Source of the DNA: an uncultured Chloroflexia bacterium
GTDB taxonomy: Bacteria > Chloroflexota > Chloroflexia > QHBQ01 > JADMIH01
Assembly (NCBI GenBank): GCA_963797095.1
Contig: CAWCNY010000003.1
Span: 32,001-96,000 of the forward strand
Reading direction: 5' to 3'
Length of the DNA: 64,000 nt
Shown here: positions 34,401-42,964 of the stretch, one piece after another
Numbering within the stretch: position 1 is the stretch's first letter
How the letters are laid out: every line of letters starts with the position of its first letter
The notes under the pieces: model-generated
The model's input: the letters and a program-made list of their open reading frames with translations, nothing else
Database searches by the model: none
Told to the model about the DNA's origin: nothing
Made by a program: the position numbers and the translations under genes

Positions 34401-36875
34401 CTGCTGCTGGATCCGTTCCTGTGCGTCCTGGTCCAGGTAATCTACTTTGATCGCAAGCTCGCGCCTCATGAAATCAAGCAAGACCCGAGATATCCTGGCC
34501 CGGGTCTCTGGAGCAGCGGAAGCAAGCGCCGGATGGCGCTCACCCCACACATCCTCCGCCCCGCATACATCATCGAGGGATAGATAGTCGATGCGAAGGA
34601 GCCCGCATTGCTCAAGGTTCGGAGAGGTGATGCGCCAGCCGCGCTTGAGGTCACGGTACAAGCGATAACCCAGCACCTCACGTAGCGCACGCTCGGTCTC
34701 TTTGAGGAGTTGGAAGCGCACGTCCGGGTCGCTAGCGTATAGCTCGATGGGCAGGTTTATAGCAGAGAATACTCTTTGTGTGAGCGACGCATGGTCGAGG
34801 CCTTCGCTGCCGAAGTCACGGACGGCGCGATATAAAGCAGAACGCAACAACCCGATCTCAACGAAGTCATTGAAGTGGCCTGCCTGCAGCGACGCATCCT
34901 GGCGGTTGTCGGTGAAGCTGAGCAGTTTGCGGGCGCGGCGGGGAAGGTCTGACCTCCGCAGCTCGCGTACTGCCGACATGCTGAGGATGGTGGTGGCAGT
35001 GCTCCTCCCTTCAGAGCTGAGAAGAGCCAACTTTGCAAAGTCGTTTTGCTGGCGGAAGTCATACGATACGCCACAATTGAGGCAGAATCGGAATGGGGCT
35101 CCTATGTAATGACACAGGAGGCTATCTTCATCATTAGTTGCCCCATTGTTCTCTCCCCTCTCCTCCTTGCCTTCCCCTCCCCTCTCTCGTCCGTCGGGAG
35201 CTACGCTTACTGTCGTGGGCAAGTCTTTGCGTCGGGAGCCTACCACTCGGCGCACGCCGTTCTGGTCTTCTACCCAATCTTCTGGGAGCCGGTCGAGCAT
35301 TTCGTCGTAATCGGACGGCCACGGCTCATCCGAGCTAAAGTGGAGGAACCCTGCTTCGCTGGCACCGATATCGGCCTGGTCTCCCAGGTCGCGCGGTATG
35401 TAGGTGTAACCGCCACTATCGTTGTCGTACATGCGCCGGATTACGAAGTATTCTTCACCACATTCTCGGCAGAAGACCACGGGCAGCAGCACATGATCCC
35501 GGCTGCCAGGTTTGTATTTCTGGCCATGGACGGTAATATACCTGCTGCTTTCCGGCTCTAACGAGGCGTACACAGCATCACCCTTCGAGATGAACTGGTG
35601 CAGGCGAAAGGCGAATGCCGGAAAGCCGGTTTCGGGGTTGCGCTCACAGGTGTAGCCGGCGAGGAAACCCTCGCGTATGGCGGCAGCGCAGCGTTCCTCT
35701 TCAACCCCCGTGAGCGTGCTCAGTTTGCGAGCCGCACCATCCGGTCCTTCTATGCTCTGGGGTGTGGATCGCACAAGACGTCCGCTTGGGTCGGCCGTCA
35801 CCCCGAAAGTGCTCTCGATCCAGATGGAGAGTGGATCCTTGATGAACTCGGCGAAAGCGCTGGGCGGGTGCATCTCTGGATTGGCTATTCTACGGGTAAG
35901 CAGGGTTACAAACTCGGGGTCGCTCAGGTCGCGCTCGTGTGTGGCACGACGCAATGTCTCACCTATCACGCTATCGGGGCGCACTTCAGAACCGAAGAGG
36001 CGAGTAGCAACCGCGGCCACTTGGGAGCGCTGTTCGTCATAGCTTCCAACTCCTGCCAACGTGGCCGACGTGCCAACGCACTGTAGAGGCGGCTGGGTTT
36101 CATGGCTTTGCAGCCGGTCGCGGACCCTACGTACAAGCAAAGCCACATCCGCGCCTTGCCTACCTCGGTAGGTATGCAACTCGTCGAGCACCAGGAAGCG
36201 CATGCCTTTAGCAGCCTCGATGAGTGGCCGCTCAATAGGGCGGGTGAGGATCAGCTCCAACATGACGTAGTTTGTGAGCAGGATATCGGGTGGGTTGGCC
36301 ATGATGGCCTGACGGTCAACGTCAGACTCCTGGCCAGTGTAGCGAGCAAAGGTGACAGGACCCTTGCCGTCCGGGTAGCCGTAATTGAGGAACTTCTCAA
36401 GCTCCCCGTACTGGCTGTTTGCCAGCGCGTTCATGGGGTAGACCACGATAGCCTGGATACCCTTACCCCGCCCCCGGCGCAGTACATGGTCCACGATGGG
36501 CACTATGTAGGCTAAACTCTTGCCCGAGCCGGTGCCGGTCGTGAGCACATAGTTGGCGCCGCTTCGGGCTGTGCGTGCTGCTTCAGATTGGTGCCTGTGC
36601 AGACGCAGGGGTTGGCCTGGGTCCTGACGGTCGCGTTTTATACGGAAGACCCGAGCGCACTCAGGATGAAGCACGCCTTCGCCAACCAGGTCCTCGATCC
36701 ATTCGCCTGGCTCAAAGGAGGGGTTTAGCTGTGTAAGAGGATCGGGCCAAAGAGCCCCACTATCCAGGCTCTCGCGTACACGATTGCTGATTTCCTCGTC
36801 TCGAATATTTATGAAGCTTGAGACGTAGGTTTTGTAGCCAGAAATGAGTTGATCACGGATATCAAAGACGTTCAT
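31482..36875 (-). CDS. Large DEAD/DEAH (YprA-like) helicase with DUF1998 and a C-terminal Vsr/DUF559-like nuclease
   Basis: TGTGSGKS, DELH, SPTMELGVD, QRSGRAGR, AEGGAG, C..ACYDCL, and C-terminal PDFFY...IYIDG..H. Confidence 0.92.
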   Translation of the reverse strand: MNVFDIRDQLISGYKTYVSSFINIRDEEISNRVRESLDSGALWPDPLTQLNPSFEPGEWIEDLVGEGVLHPECARVFRIKRDRQDPGQPLRLHRHQSEAARTARSGANYVLTTGTGSGKSLAYIVPIVDHVLRRGRGKGIQAIVVYPMNALANSQYGELEKFLNYGYPDGKGPVTFARYTGQESDVDRQAIMANPPDILLTNYVMLELILTRPIERPLIEAAKGMRFLVLDELHTYRGRQGADVALLVRRVRDRLQSHETQPPLQCVGTSATLAGVGSYDEQRSQVAAVATRLFGSEVRPDSVIGETLRRATHERDLSDPEFVTLLTRRIANPEMHPPSAFAEFIKDPLSIWIESTFGVTADPSGRLVRSTPQSIEGPDGAARKLSTLTGVEEERCAAAIREGFLAGYTCERNPETGFPAFAFRLHQFISKGDAVYASLEPESSRYITVHGQKYKPGSRDHVLLPVVFCRECGEEYFVIRRMYDNDSGGYTYIPRDLGDQADIGASEAGFLHFSSDEPWPSDYDEMLDRLPEDWVEDQNGVRRVVGSRRKDLPTTVSVAPDGRERGGEGKEERGENNGATNDEDSLLCHYIGAPFRFCLNCGVSYDFRQQNDFAKLALLSSEGRSTATTILSMSAVRELRRSDLPRRARKLLSFTDNRQDASLQAGHFNDFVEIGLLRSALYRAVRDFGSEGLDHASLTQRVFSAINLPIELYASDPDVRFQLLKETERALREVLGYRLYRDLKRGWRITSPNLEQCGLLRIDYLSLDDVCGAEDVWGERHPALASAAPETRARISRVLLDFMRRELAIKVDYLDQDAQERIQQQSSQRLIDPWAIDENEKMEHSSVLYPRPSRPGDFGGDVYLSARGGYGQYLRRRTTFPGGERLSVEDSQQVICDLLEGLRVAGLVEVVREAQSGKGKSHAKSNGNGNGTGKDVPGYQVPASAMLWQAGDGTRAFHDPIRVPSASGSSGRSRGANSTIRGGRTNQFFVDFYKQAADELQGFRAREHTAQVPYELREEREEEFREGKLPVLYCSPTMELGVDISELNMVNMRNVPPTPANYAQRSGRAGRSGQPALVFSYCTTGSPHDQYFFKRPEQMVAGAVTPPRLDLANEDLVRSHIHAIWLAESRQSLGKSLKDILDISGDQPTLELQPEVQDTINNEQFRRQARARAERVLTSLGEDLLSAEWYSEGWLDKVLAQVARQFDQTIERWRSLYRAALKQSQMQQRIVLDASRSSEDKNQAKRLRREAESQIDLLTEVDNVVQSDFYSYRYFASEGFLPGYSFPRLPISAFIPARRVKQRDEFLSRPRFLAVSEFGPRAIIYHEGSRYLINKVILPVGDSNEDGALEQNNVAMLEAKRCERCGYLHPITDGVGPDLCENCHAPLGDPLRKLFRLQNVSTKRRDKISSDEEERQRMGYEIISGVRFGEHEGQPSMQTASVDLQAGTDVGSADNKSGSGGSGGSDPLALLTYGHTATIWRINLGWARRRDRGQYGFQLDLERGYWARNEALEEADQSDPMSPSKARVIPYVEDRRNCLLIQPTGDVDAALMASLQAAVKSAIQVLYQLEDNELATEPLPSSDDRRIILIYKSAEGGAGVLKRLLDDPDAFAEMARKALELCHFNPDTGEDLHHAPRAKEDCEAACYDCLMSYGNQRDHRLLDRKGIRDVLMQWARSSVDAAPAHKSKQEHIEELMRIAGSELEKKWLRYIEERNLRLPTSGQTLIEACGTRPDFFYNDEQTAIYIDGPIHDYPHRQERDRTQGAQMLAKGYLVIRFGHNEDWDAVLAKHPDIFGKL

Positions 36876-36959
36876 CAAGTCGCCTCATCGTACTTCTTTG
36901 TAGTTTGAGCATCTACTACGATCAAATCCAAGTAGGCCGTACACGTCGGCTCGAAATGT

Positions 36960-37250
36960 CTACCTGCCATCGTGGGTCTTGCGAGGCCTCCCCTTTGGGT
37001 AGCCGTTTGGTCGATCGGCAACAGCTTCAAGGTCTAAAGCGTAAATGAGCAACAAGCCTGCAGCGGGTACAGACTTGATCCGGCAGGCCTCCAAAAGAAA
37101 GGCAAGTTCAGCGGGTTCTCCACGGTGGGCTTTTAGACGGCCGCTCTGGATAAGGGCTTGCACTCGCCTTCGACTAACGCCCAGGCGTATTGCAACCTCG
37201 CCAGTCGTGAGCACTCCGGTTTCTTCGTACACTGCAATACCTCGTGGCAA
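36960..37250 (-). CDS. Excisionase/MerR-like HTH DNA-binding protein with an AT-hook-like tail
   Basis: LTTGEVAIRLGVSRRRVQALIQSGRLKA and a C-terminal KGRPRK. Confidence 0.75.
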   Translation of the reverse strand: MPRGIAVYEETGVLTTGEVAIRLGVSRRRVQALIQSGRLKAHRGEPAELAFLLEACRIKSVPAAGLLLIYALDLEAVADRPNGYPKGRPRKTHDGR

Positions 37251-37321
37251 AACACAACAACATGCACGCTCGTCCGAATATTAGGTCGAGCAAGTACTCG
37301 GATGCTGTTACAAGTCTACAT

Positions 37322-37350
37322 AGTATGCACTTCAGCGAACAGTTTGTCAA
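37322..37350 (-). promoter_or_regulatory. Sigma70-type promoter upstream of the HTH gene and defence genes
   Basis: TTGACA, 17 bp, CATACT on the minus strand. Confidence 0.55.
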
Positions 37351-37632
37351 TAAGACTGGAATGCCGGAACCAGAATGCAGCCTGCAGATGATTGTGGCCG
37401 TAGTGTCGGCTAATGAGGGTGTGGTAAGTCGCGATGTCAGCTCCGCTGACTTGGCGACTCGACTTGGCGAGTGAGGTCTCGAAAAGGAAGCAGTCTCTGC
37501 GGGCGAAGCTTGCGTAGCCTGCTGTGACTGCCTTTAAAGCCTCTTCTCAGAACTTCTCCAATCCAGTCAAATGTACACTGTGCGTATAGGACTCTTGGTT
37601 GTATGTTGCACGCCCGATTTACGCTCATTTGG

Positions 37633-37687
37633 TGTTCGCACGCTAGGGGTCACGTGATAGGAGGTCTACTTACCTAGCGTGCGAACA
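37633..37687. repeat. 15-bp perfect inverted repeat with a 25-nt loop directly after the rep stop codon
   Basis: TGTTCGCACGCTAGG ... CCTAGCGTGCGAACA. Confidence 0.85.
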
Positions 37688-39319
37688 TTATGAGTGCTCA
37701 TTCTGGTCCTCGACGTCGTGCCCAAGCAGGTTCCTCAATGTGACGAAATAGTAAGACATTTTGTTAGTCATGGGATCCCAGGTGGGCCTGCTCTGGTACT
37801 TGCGAGTGAGCTTTCTTGCCTCATGCATGAACTCGACAAACCGTTGCTCAGAGAGGCCGGAAGCTTGCCACAGGTTCAGAGCTTGTTTCATGTTGGATGC
37901 TTCGTGAACGGTGTCACCTAATTCATTTGAGAAATCAGAAGTAACCGAAGCTATGTAATGTGAATAGCCTGGTATACCCGTTTTCGTTTCTCCCGTCACA
38001 ACTTTGTTTTTTCGAGGGTGCCGATTCGAATCAGATTCTTTATGTATTTCTTCTGTTTTTAATGGTTCTATTTCGGGTAAATTGCCCTTCCATCCCCTCG
38101 GTAAACTCGTGTTCGTAGGGGCCATAGAAGGCATGTTTACCATCCCGGTCAATCTCTGTTCTAGCTCCCATGTAAAGCCTTGTTCTACCCCCTCTGTAAA
38201 TGAATGTTCTATCCCCCCTGTAAAGCCTTGTTCTATCCCTCTTGATCGATTGAGTGGAGTACCGTCTTTGCCGGTAGATGGAGACGCTTTTGCGTGTTCT
38301 GTAATAGATTGCGATACTGAAAATCTGGAGTGCCTCAACTGGCGCTGGCGACTGCTAACGTGTTCATGCGATGCCTGCTCGGAACCTATGCCTTCCCGGT
38401 CACCTCCATCCGTTGACATTATCTCCTCTTCGGTAGGCTGGTCAGGTTCTAATTGCTTACGTATCGCCTCTAGTAACCCGCTGAAGTCATAAGCGTTCGT
38501 ATCCTGACCATTCTCGTTGGACCGATGTACCAGGCGCAGGTAACCTGTCTTTACCAGGGTGGACTTGATATTTATGATCTGCTGCCGGCTATAGCCTGTT
38601 CGTTCAGCCATCTTCCTTAAGCTGGGGTATGGGAGGGCAGTATCCCACTGGAACGAAAAAATGTAGCATACGAACCATACCTGCTGCGGCGAGAGCCCCA
38701 ACTCCCTCTGATAAGTGAACAGTGCGCGAGGTATGGCTGCAACGCCATGCTTGCATATGACCCGGCCATAGCGAGCTACAAAGCTCGGATCGTACTCGGC
38801 GTAGTCCTCCTCCCCCGGAGACCTTCCTTCACCTCGAACAGGATTCTCGGCTTGCCCATCTTCCGATAACAGTTCTTCCATACGGCGGAATAACTCGGAA
38901 AAATCGTAGGCGTTGGTATCCTGGTCGTTCTTCTCTCCGCGTCGCGGATATATCTGAAGGTAGCCGCAATTATGAAGTTCATTGCATCGATACTGCAAAA
39001 CGCGCCGTGTCACGCCGGCGCACCGTGCCATTTTGTTCATACTGGGGTAAGGGAGTTCGCTGCTCCACTTATGGGCCAAAATGTAGGAGATGAACCAGAC
39101 CTGCTGGGCTGTCAGTTCGAGCTTCCGCTGGTAGTGATATAAGGCTGACGGTATGGCAGCGATCCCATCACTCAGGATCAGCCTCCCGAATCTTGCGGCG
39201 AAACTGGTGCCTGGTACTGGTGCGGGCCCTGCCCTGCTACTATCTCCTGGGGCACGGGAGGATGCCCTTCCAGCGGGCGGTGTCCCGGATCTTGAATATT
39301 CCCTGTCGTTTTTCGGCAT
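37688..39319 (-). CDS. Putative replication initiator with two tandem DnaD-N/HTH_36-like wHTH domains
   Basis: Duplicated unit SF.AR.GR.I...G.AAIP.AL..YQR.L.L..QQVWF..YI....W...LPYPS..KMA...QDTNAYDFS. ATG at 39319 with GGAGGG RBS. Confidence 0.7.
   Translation of the reverse strand: MPKNDREYSRSGTPPAGRASSRAPGDSSRAGPAPVPGTSFAARFGRLILSDGIAAIPSALYHYQRKLELTAQQVWFISYILAHKWSSELPYPSMNKMARCAGVTRRVLQYRCNELHNCGYLQIYPRRGEKNDQDTNAYDFSELFRRMEELLSEDGQAENPVRGEGRSPGEEDYAEYDPSFVARYGRVICKHGVAAIPRALFTYQRELGLSPQQVWFVCYIFSFQWDTALPYPSLRKMAERTGYSRQQIINIKSTLVKTGYLRLVHRSNENGQDTNAYDFSGLLEAIRKQLEPDQPTEEEIMSTDGGDREGIGSEQASHEHVSSRQRQLRHSRFSVSQSITEHAKASPSTGKDGTPLNRSRGIEQGFTGGIEHSFTEGVEQGFTWELEQRLTGMVNMPSMAPTNTSLPRGWKGNLPEIEPLKTEEIHKESDSNRHPRKNKVVTGETKTGIPGYSHYIASVTSDFSNELGDTVHEASNMKQALNLWQASGLSEQRFVEFMHEARKLTRKYQSRPTWDPMTNKMSYYFVTLRNLLGHDVEDQNEHS
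38147..38242. repeat. 24-bp iteron-like tandem repeats inside rep
   Basis: TGTAAAGCCTTGTTCTA(C/T)CCC at 38171 and 38219, variants at 38195 and 38147, and weaker copies back to about 38076. Confidence 0.75.
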
Positions 39320-39337
39320 TAAAATACCCTCCACCTC

Positions 39338-39366
39338 TTGACTTTCGTGGAGGGCCGTGCTACAAT
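39338..39366 (+). promoter_or_regulatory. Near-consensus promoter antisense to the rep leader
   Basis: TTGACT (39338-39343), 17 bp, TACAAT (39361-39366). Confidence 0.7.
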
Positions 39367-39372
39367 GTGCCT

Positions 39373-39468
39373 GCGAAGCAAATTTAGCAGATGCCCCTCC
39401 CGCCAAGAGGTTCATCAGCAGTCTAGAATTCCGAAACCTGATTGTTCCACCAATCGGGTTTTTTGTTT
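39373..39468 (+). ncRNA. Putative counter-transcribed RNA (about 95 nt) controlling rep
   Basis: Bounded by the promoter above and an intrinsic terminator. Complementary to the rep 5' leader. Confidence 0.55.
39434..39468 (+). terminator. Intrinsic terminator
   Basis: AAACCTGATTG-TTCCAC-CAATCGGGTTT followed by a T-rich tract. Confidence 0.75.
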
Positions 39469-39824
39469 GTCTCAGACTGCCATATTTTTCTGTGTTATGA
39501 ATGCACTCTGGTGCTATGCTTCTTGCCTAAGGCGGCTCCTGTTGTAAGGTGGCCTGGTTGCGAGGTGCCACCCCCGTTTCCAGGCATGCGCCATATGACC
39601 ATCCCTGCCGAGGATGGTCGGTGCATCCACCTTATAGCACATCCTTTCGGGGTAATACAATACTTTTGTGCACATCCTTTGATTATGTCGAGCTCGATTC
39701 GCGCGTGGCGATAGTTGTTCCTCGCGTCCATCTGCGCGATCGTTATTGTAGCAAGGCATGCTGTGGCGTCCATACAGGGGTGCCTGTGACTTAGCAGGAA
39801 AACAGCTTTTGTAGTGTTGTATGG

Positions 39825-40984
39825 TTACCCAGGACATGCTGAACCTGCTTCCGTTTTGGAGGCCAGATCTACCAGCTTATCTCCCACGCTTCCGAAAAGT
39901 GTCCAGGCAAACCCTGCCGTAGTTAGCAGGTCGGCGTATTGCCGGCCCACTCCTTCTGATCCGAAAAGCGCGATTACTGGTACAATCTGTGCGAGGCGGG
40001 AGTATTTCTTAATTCTCGACCCGGAGCTATCCTGCCGTTTAGTATTCCCAATTCTCGACCCCGTTCTGTGTGTCCAGAATGTGCGGCCAGCGCTCGGAGG
40101 ATGTGGTATAAGCACGGCAGTTTGCTCCGCGCACCCAGGTACATATGCTATGTAATCATTGACACTTGTAGGCACGAGCGCCCCAACCTGGCCCGCATGA
40201 AGACGGCTGATCCGATCCTGGAGCCTGGTGACCGGATATCCTTGCTGCAGGAGTTCTCTATGGCCAATTCCTCCTTTTTCAATACAGCTTCCACAAGCTG
40301 GCGTCGTTGTGGCGTTTCCTGGGGTCTCAGTCTAAGCGAACTGTACCGAACGGGCCTGATCAATGACCAGCCAGCCTCTTTGGTCTGGCGGGTGAGCTCA
40401 AGTAGCAGGCCACGCTGCTCGATGGTCTGTCGGCTAGGATGGCGACCATACCGCCAGTGGTACACGACGCCTATTGCCTCCGCTCCTTTCGCACGGATTG
40501 CCCAGTAGCATTGTGATGCGGCCCCTCTCTCTGGGTCGAGTTTGTTACCTCGAATGTAACCGTGATCCCGCAATAGACGGAGCAATCTCCATGTGTACGA
40601 CCGTCGTTTCCCAACGTGCAAAGACTCTCGAATCTGCGCTGTAGTAAGTTGGTTCATCGCCGCAAGAAGTTCGAGGACGGCCCGCTCGCGTGGGGTTACG
40701 GACCGGTCATAGGACACTACACGCCGTTCGTGCGGCACACCTAAGGCGTCTGATCCCTTCTCCAGTAGCGTCCAACACCGCTCAGAAGCAGCGCCGCGCT
40801 CGGGATGTAGCAGACCTGCCTCTACAAAGCCGGCTTGCTTAAGGCATTTTAGCTTCCGCTCGGTTGCTCTCGTCGTCGTAGCAGCCCCCAGGTACTCGTC
40901 TACCTGGCGTGTGGTCAGGTAGTCAAACGCGCCGAGTAACTTCAGAATGTCAGCTTGAGCTGGTGTAGGGATGGTCCGGGACAT
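39825..40984 (-). pseudogene. Replication-relaxation-like protein with duplicated wHTH, frameshifted near 40255
   Basis: Two units L.LL.A...LTT.Q...L...G.....L.PERGAAS..W....KG..A.G. An alternative frame ELLQQGYPV... runs into ORF 39825-40175. Confidence 0.6.
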
Positions 40985-40991
40985 ACAGGCT

Positions 40992-41546
40992 CTATGCCTC
41001 GTTGTACAGATAAGAGTCCAGGTCATGGATAGGCATCGGTACATTGCGGCCAGGATCGAAAACGATGTCATCGCGAGCGCAGTAATAGAGTTGGGTCCAT
41101 TTTACGCGTGCTCGATTTAGCGCTGCGTCGTACCTTTCTTGCTTCCTTATGGCCTGTGGAATGCCAAGTAGTGGCAGCACCGTGAATACGGCAGTGACGG
41201 CCAGAATACCCACGACCCAATTTCCGCACGCAAACAGGCCGAATTCTGGTGTGACCGCGAATAAAGACAGTCCGATAGCAAGAACTCCTCCGGCTAGTAA
41301 AGACAGGAGAGCCAGTGCTATTCTCAAGCCCACCGCGCCTGGCCGCCTGCCCTGCGGGGAAAGGCGCATTGCAAGATCAGTGGTTGAAGTGCCCTGCGTA
41401 CCGATTAGGTAGAAGCTCCTACCGGTGAGGTTCGGCGCCAGACCAAATTGCTGCGTCGTCGTGTTGCCCTCGCTGACGACGGAACTCACCTTTCGTACAG
41501 CATCTATTTGCCCGCACTGTGGGCATACAGCACCCTGAAAGCTCAT
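40992..41546 (-). CDS. Hypothetical membrane protein with an N-terminal CxxC
   Basis: CPQC, two TM helices, C-terminal YYCARDD. ATG at 41546 with AGGAGA RBS. Confidence 0.75.
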   Translation of the reverse strand: MSFQGAVCPQCGQIDAVRKVSSVVSEGNTTTQQFGLAPNLTGRSFYLIGTQGTSTTDLAMRLSPQGRRPGAVGLRIALALLSLLAGGVLAIGLSLFAVTPEFGLFACGNWVVGILAVTAVFTVLPLLGIPQAIRKQERYDAALNRARVKWTQLYYCARDDIVFDPGRNVPMPIHDLDSYLYNEA

Positions 41547-41626
41547 ATTCGATCTCCTTTCGACTCCATCTCCGAAACTCACCTGCTCTTGAAGTCTCAT
41601 TTAGCTTTTGCCTATCTGTTTACTAT

Positions 41627-42247
41627 CTACGCATCTGCCACGTCTGGCGATTCAAACCCGGCCAACTTACCTGCTCCTAGCATTTCTCCGATCGCTGTGT
41701 TCAATCGCCGCCATGGCGCGGCATCCGAGTGCTTCACTTTAATGCTATTCACTTCACTTCCTACCACGAACGCAGACCCTGTGTCTAGATCCTCTACCAG
41801 GGCCAGGTAACGCTTCCGAACCGGGAAGTAAAGGCCTTCCAAAATCTGCACGCGTTTAGCCCTCCCCAGCGCACGAAGTGCGATCTCCTCGATAGATCTT
41901 TGCCGCTCGGCGATCAAAGGTATGACCCTATCGCTAGCTCTTGCTGTGTCCAGGTCAATCGCATTGTGCCTTTCTACCCACATCTCACCGAGCACCTGAA
42001 GACGTATATCCGCAACGGTCGTCCCGCCCGCCAGCCAAAACGAAAGGGATTTTCCAGCCTCCGCTAAATATGTTTCGTGAGCAAAGTTGAACTCGAACAG
42101 CCTTACATCTGGCTGTTCAGCAACTACATCGCAAATCTCTTGCAATCTAAATGGCCAGATCATGCTCACGCTATGCTCGTCTCCCTCAATATCCAATTCA
42201 TGGAAAAGATATCTATTGACCGCGATCCTTATGTCCACTTCGTTCAT
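41627..42247 (-). CDS. Hypothetical protein
   Basis: ORF in the operon. Start taken at MNEVDI, just after the upstream stop. Confidence 0.6.
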   Translation of the reverse strand: MNEVDIRIAVNRYLFHELDIEGDEHSVSMIWPFRLQEICDVVAEQPDVRLFEFNFAHETYLAEAGKSLSFWLAGGTTVADIRLQVLGEMWVERHNAIDLDTARASDRVIPLIAERQRSIEEIALRALGRAKRVQILEGLYFPVRKRYLALVEDLDTGSAFVVGSEVNSIKVKHSDAAPWRRLNTAIGEMLGAGKLAGFESPDVADA

Positions 42248-42266
42248 AGGGTATGAAGAGTGAGAC

Positions 42267-42953
42267 TTAGATGCTGAGGACCTGGATATTCCGGAAACCA
42301 GCGACTGCCTGCCTGATGCGCTCTGTGCGGGCCTGGGTGCAAACCCAGACCACCTGGTGCCCACTCTTCGAGAGCCCACTTGCCTTTTGCCACAACATCT
42401 TTCCATAATAAGCTCCATCTATCTCTACATATAGTATTTCCACTTCGCCATGAGTGTTAACTATCACCGCTTCTGCGTCTGGGATCTCCACAGGAAACCG
42501 TGCTTCTTCCCGGCGCATGTCTGTGGGCCCCCGACGTTTTAGACGCGCTCGGAGCTCGCGCTCGGTCCACCAGTCCACCAGCTTCCTGCCCTCTCCGATG
42601 ATCCGTGCTTGGAGCGCAAGGTAGGCATCCTGAGCCATGAGTTGTTGCCTCATTTCGGGCAAAGCTGGCAGACCAACCTGGAGGCGCTCCCTTTGGGCGG
42701 AGCCAAAGTGCATATATCCTTGCTCGGAGAGGGCAAATACCCGTTCGCCCGGTGTTCGCATGTTGCAGCTGTGCATCTCCAGGTAGCCGGCCTTCACCAG
42801 GCGACGCATCCGCTCCATTGCCGTCATCTCGCTTCTCCCTGCCCAAAAGTGCCGCGCTACCTGGTCCAGGCTGGCGACCCCTGCCCTGCCGATCCACAGG
42901 AGGATTTCTATGTCCCGCGCTGTAAGCTGTTTAGCCGTCGCCTGGTGTCTCAT
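42267..42953 (-). CDS. Replication-relaxation (MOBC-like) relaxase candidate
   Basis: LTARDIEIL..I wHTH and a PDA...VEID nuclease-type motif. Directly downstream of the coupling protein. Confidence 0.75.
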   Translation of the reverse strand: MRHQATAKQLTARDIEILLWIGRAGVASLDQVARHFWAGRSEMTAMERMRRLVKAGYLEMHSCNMRTPGERVFALSEQGYMHFGSAQRERLQVGLPALPEMRQQLMAQDAYLALQARIIGEGRKLVDWWTERELRARLKRRGPTDMRREEARFPVEIPDAEAVIVNTHGEVEILYVEIDGAYYGKMLWQKASGLSKSGHQVVWVCTQARTERIRQAVAGFRNIQVLSI

Positions 42954-42964
42954 ATACTTTCCCT

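Noticed and set aside
38076-38242. 24-bp periodic repeats as a CRISPR array
   Set aside because: The repeats are contiguous and degenerate, have no spacers, lie inside a CDS, and there are no cas genes.
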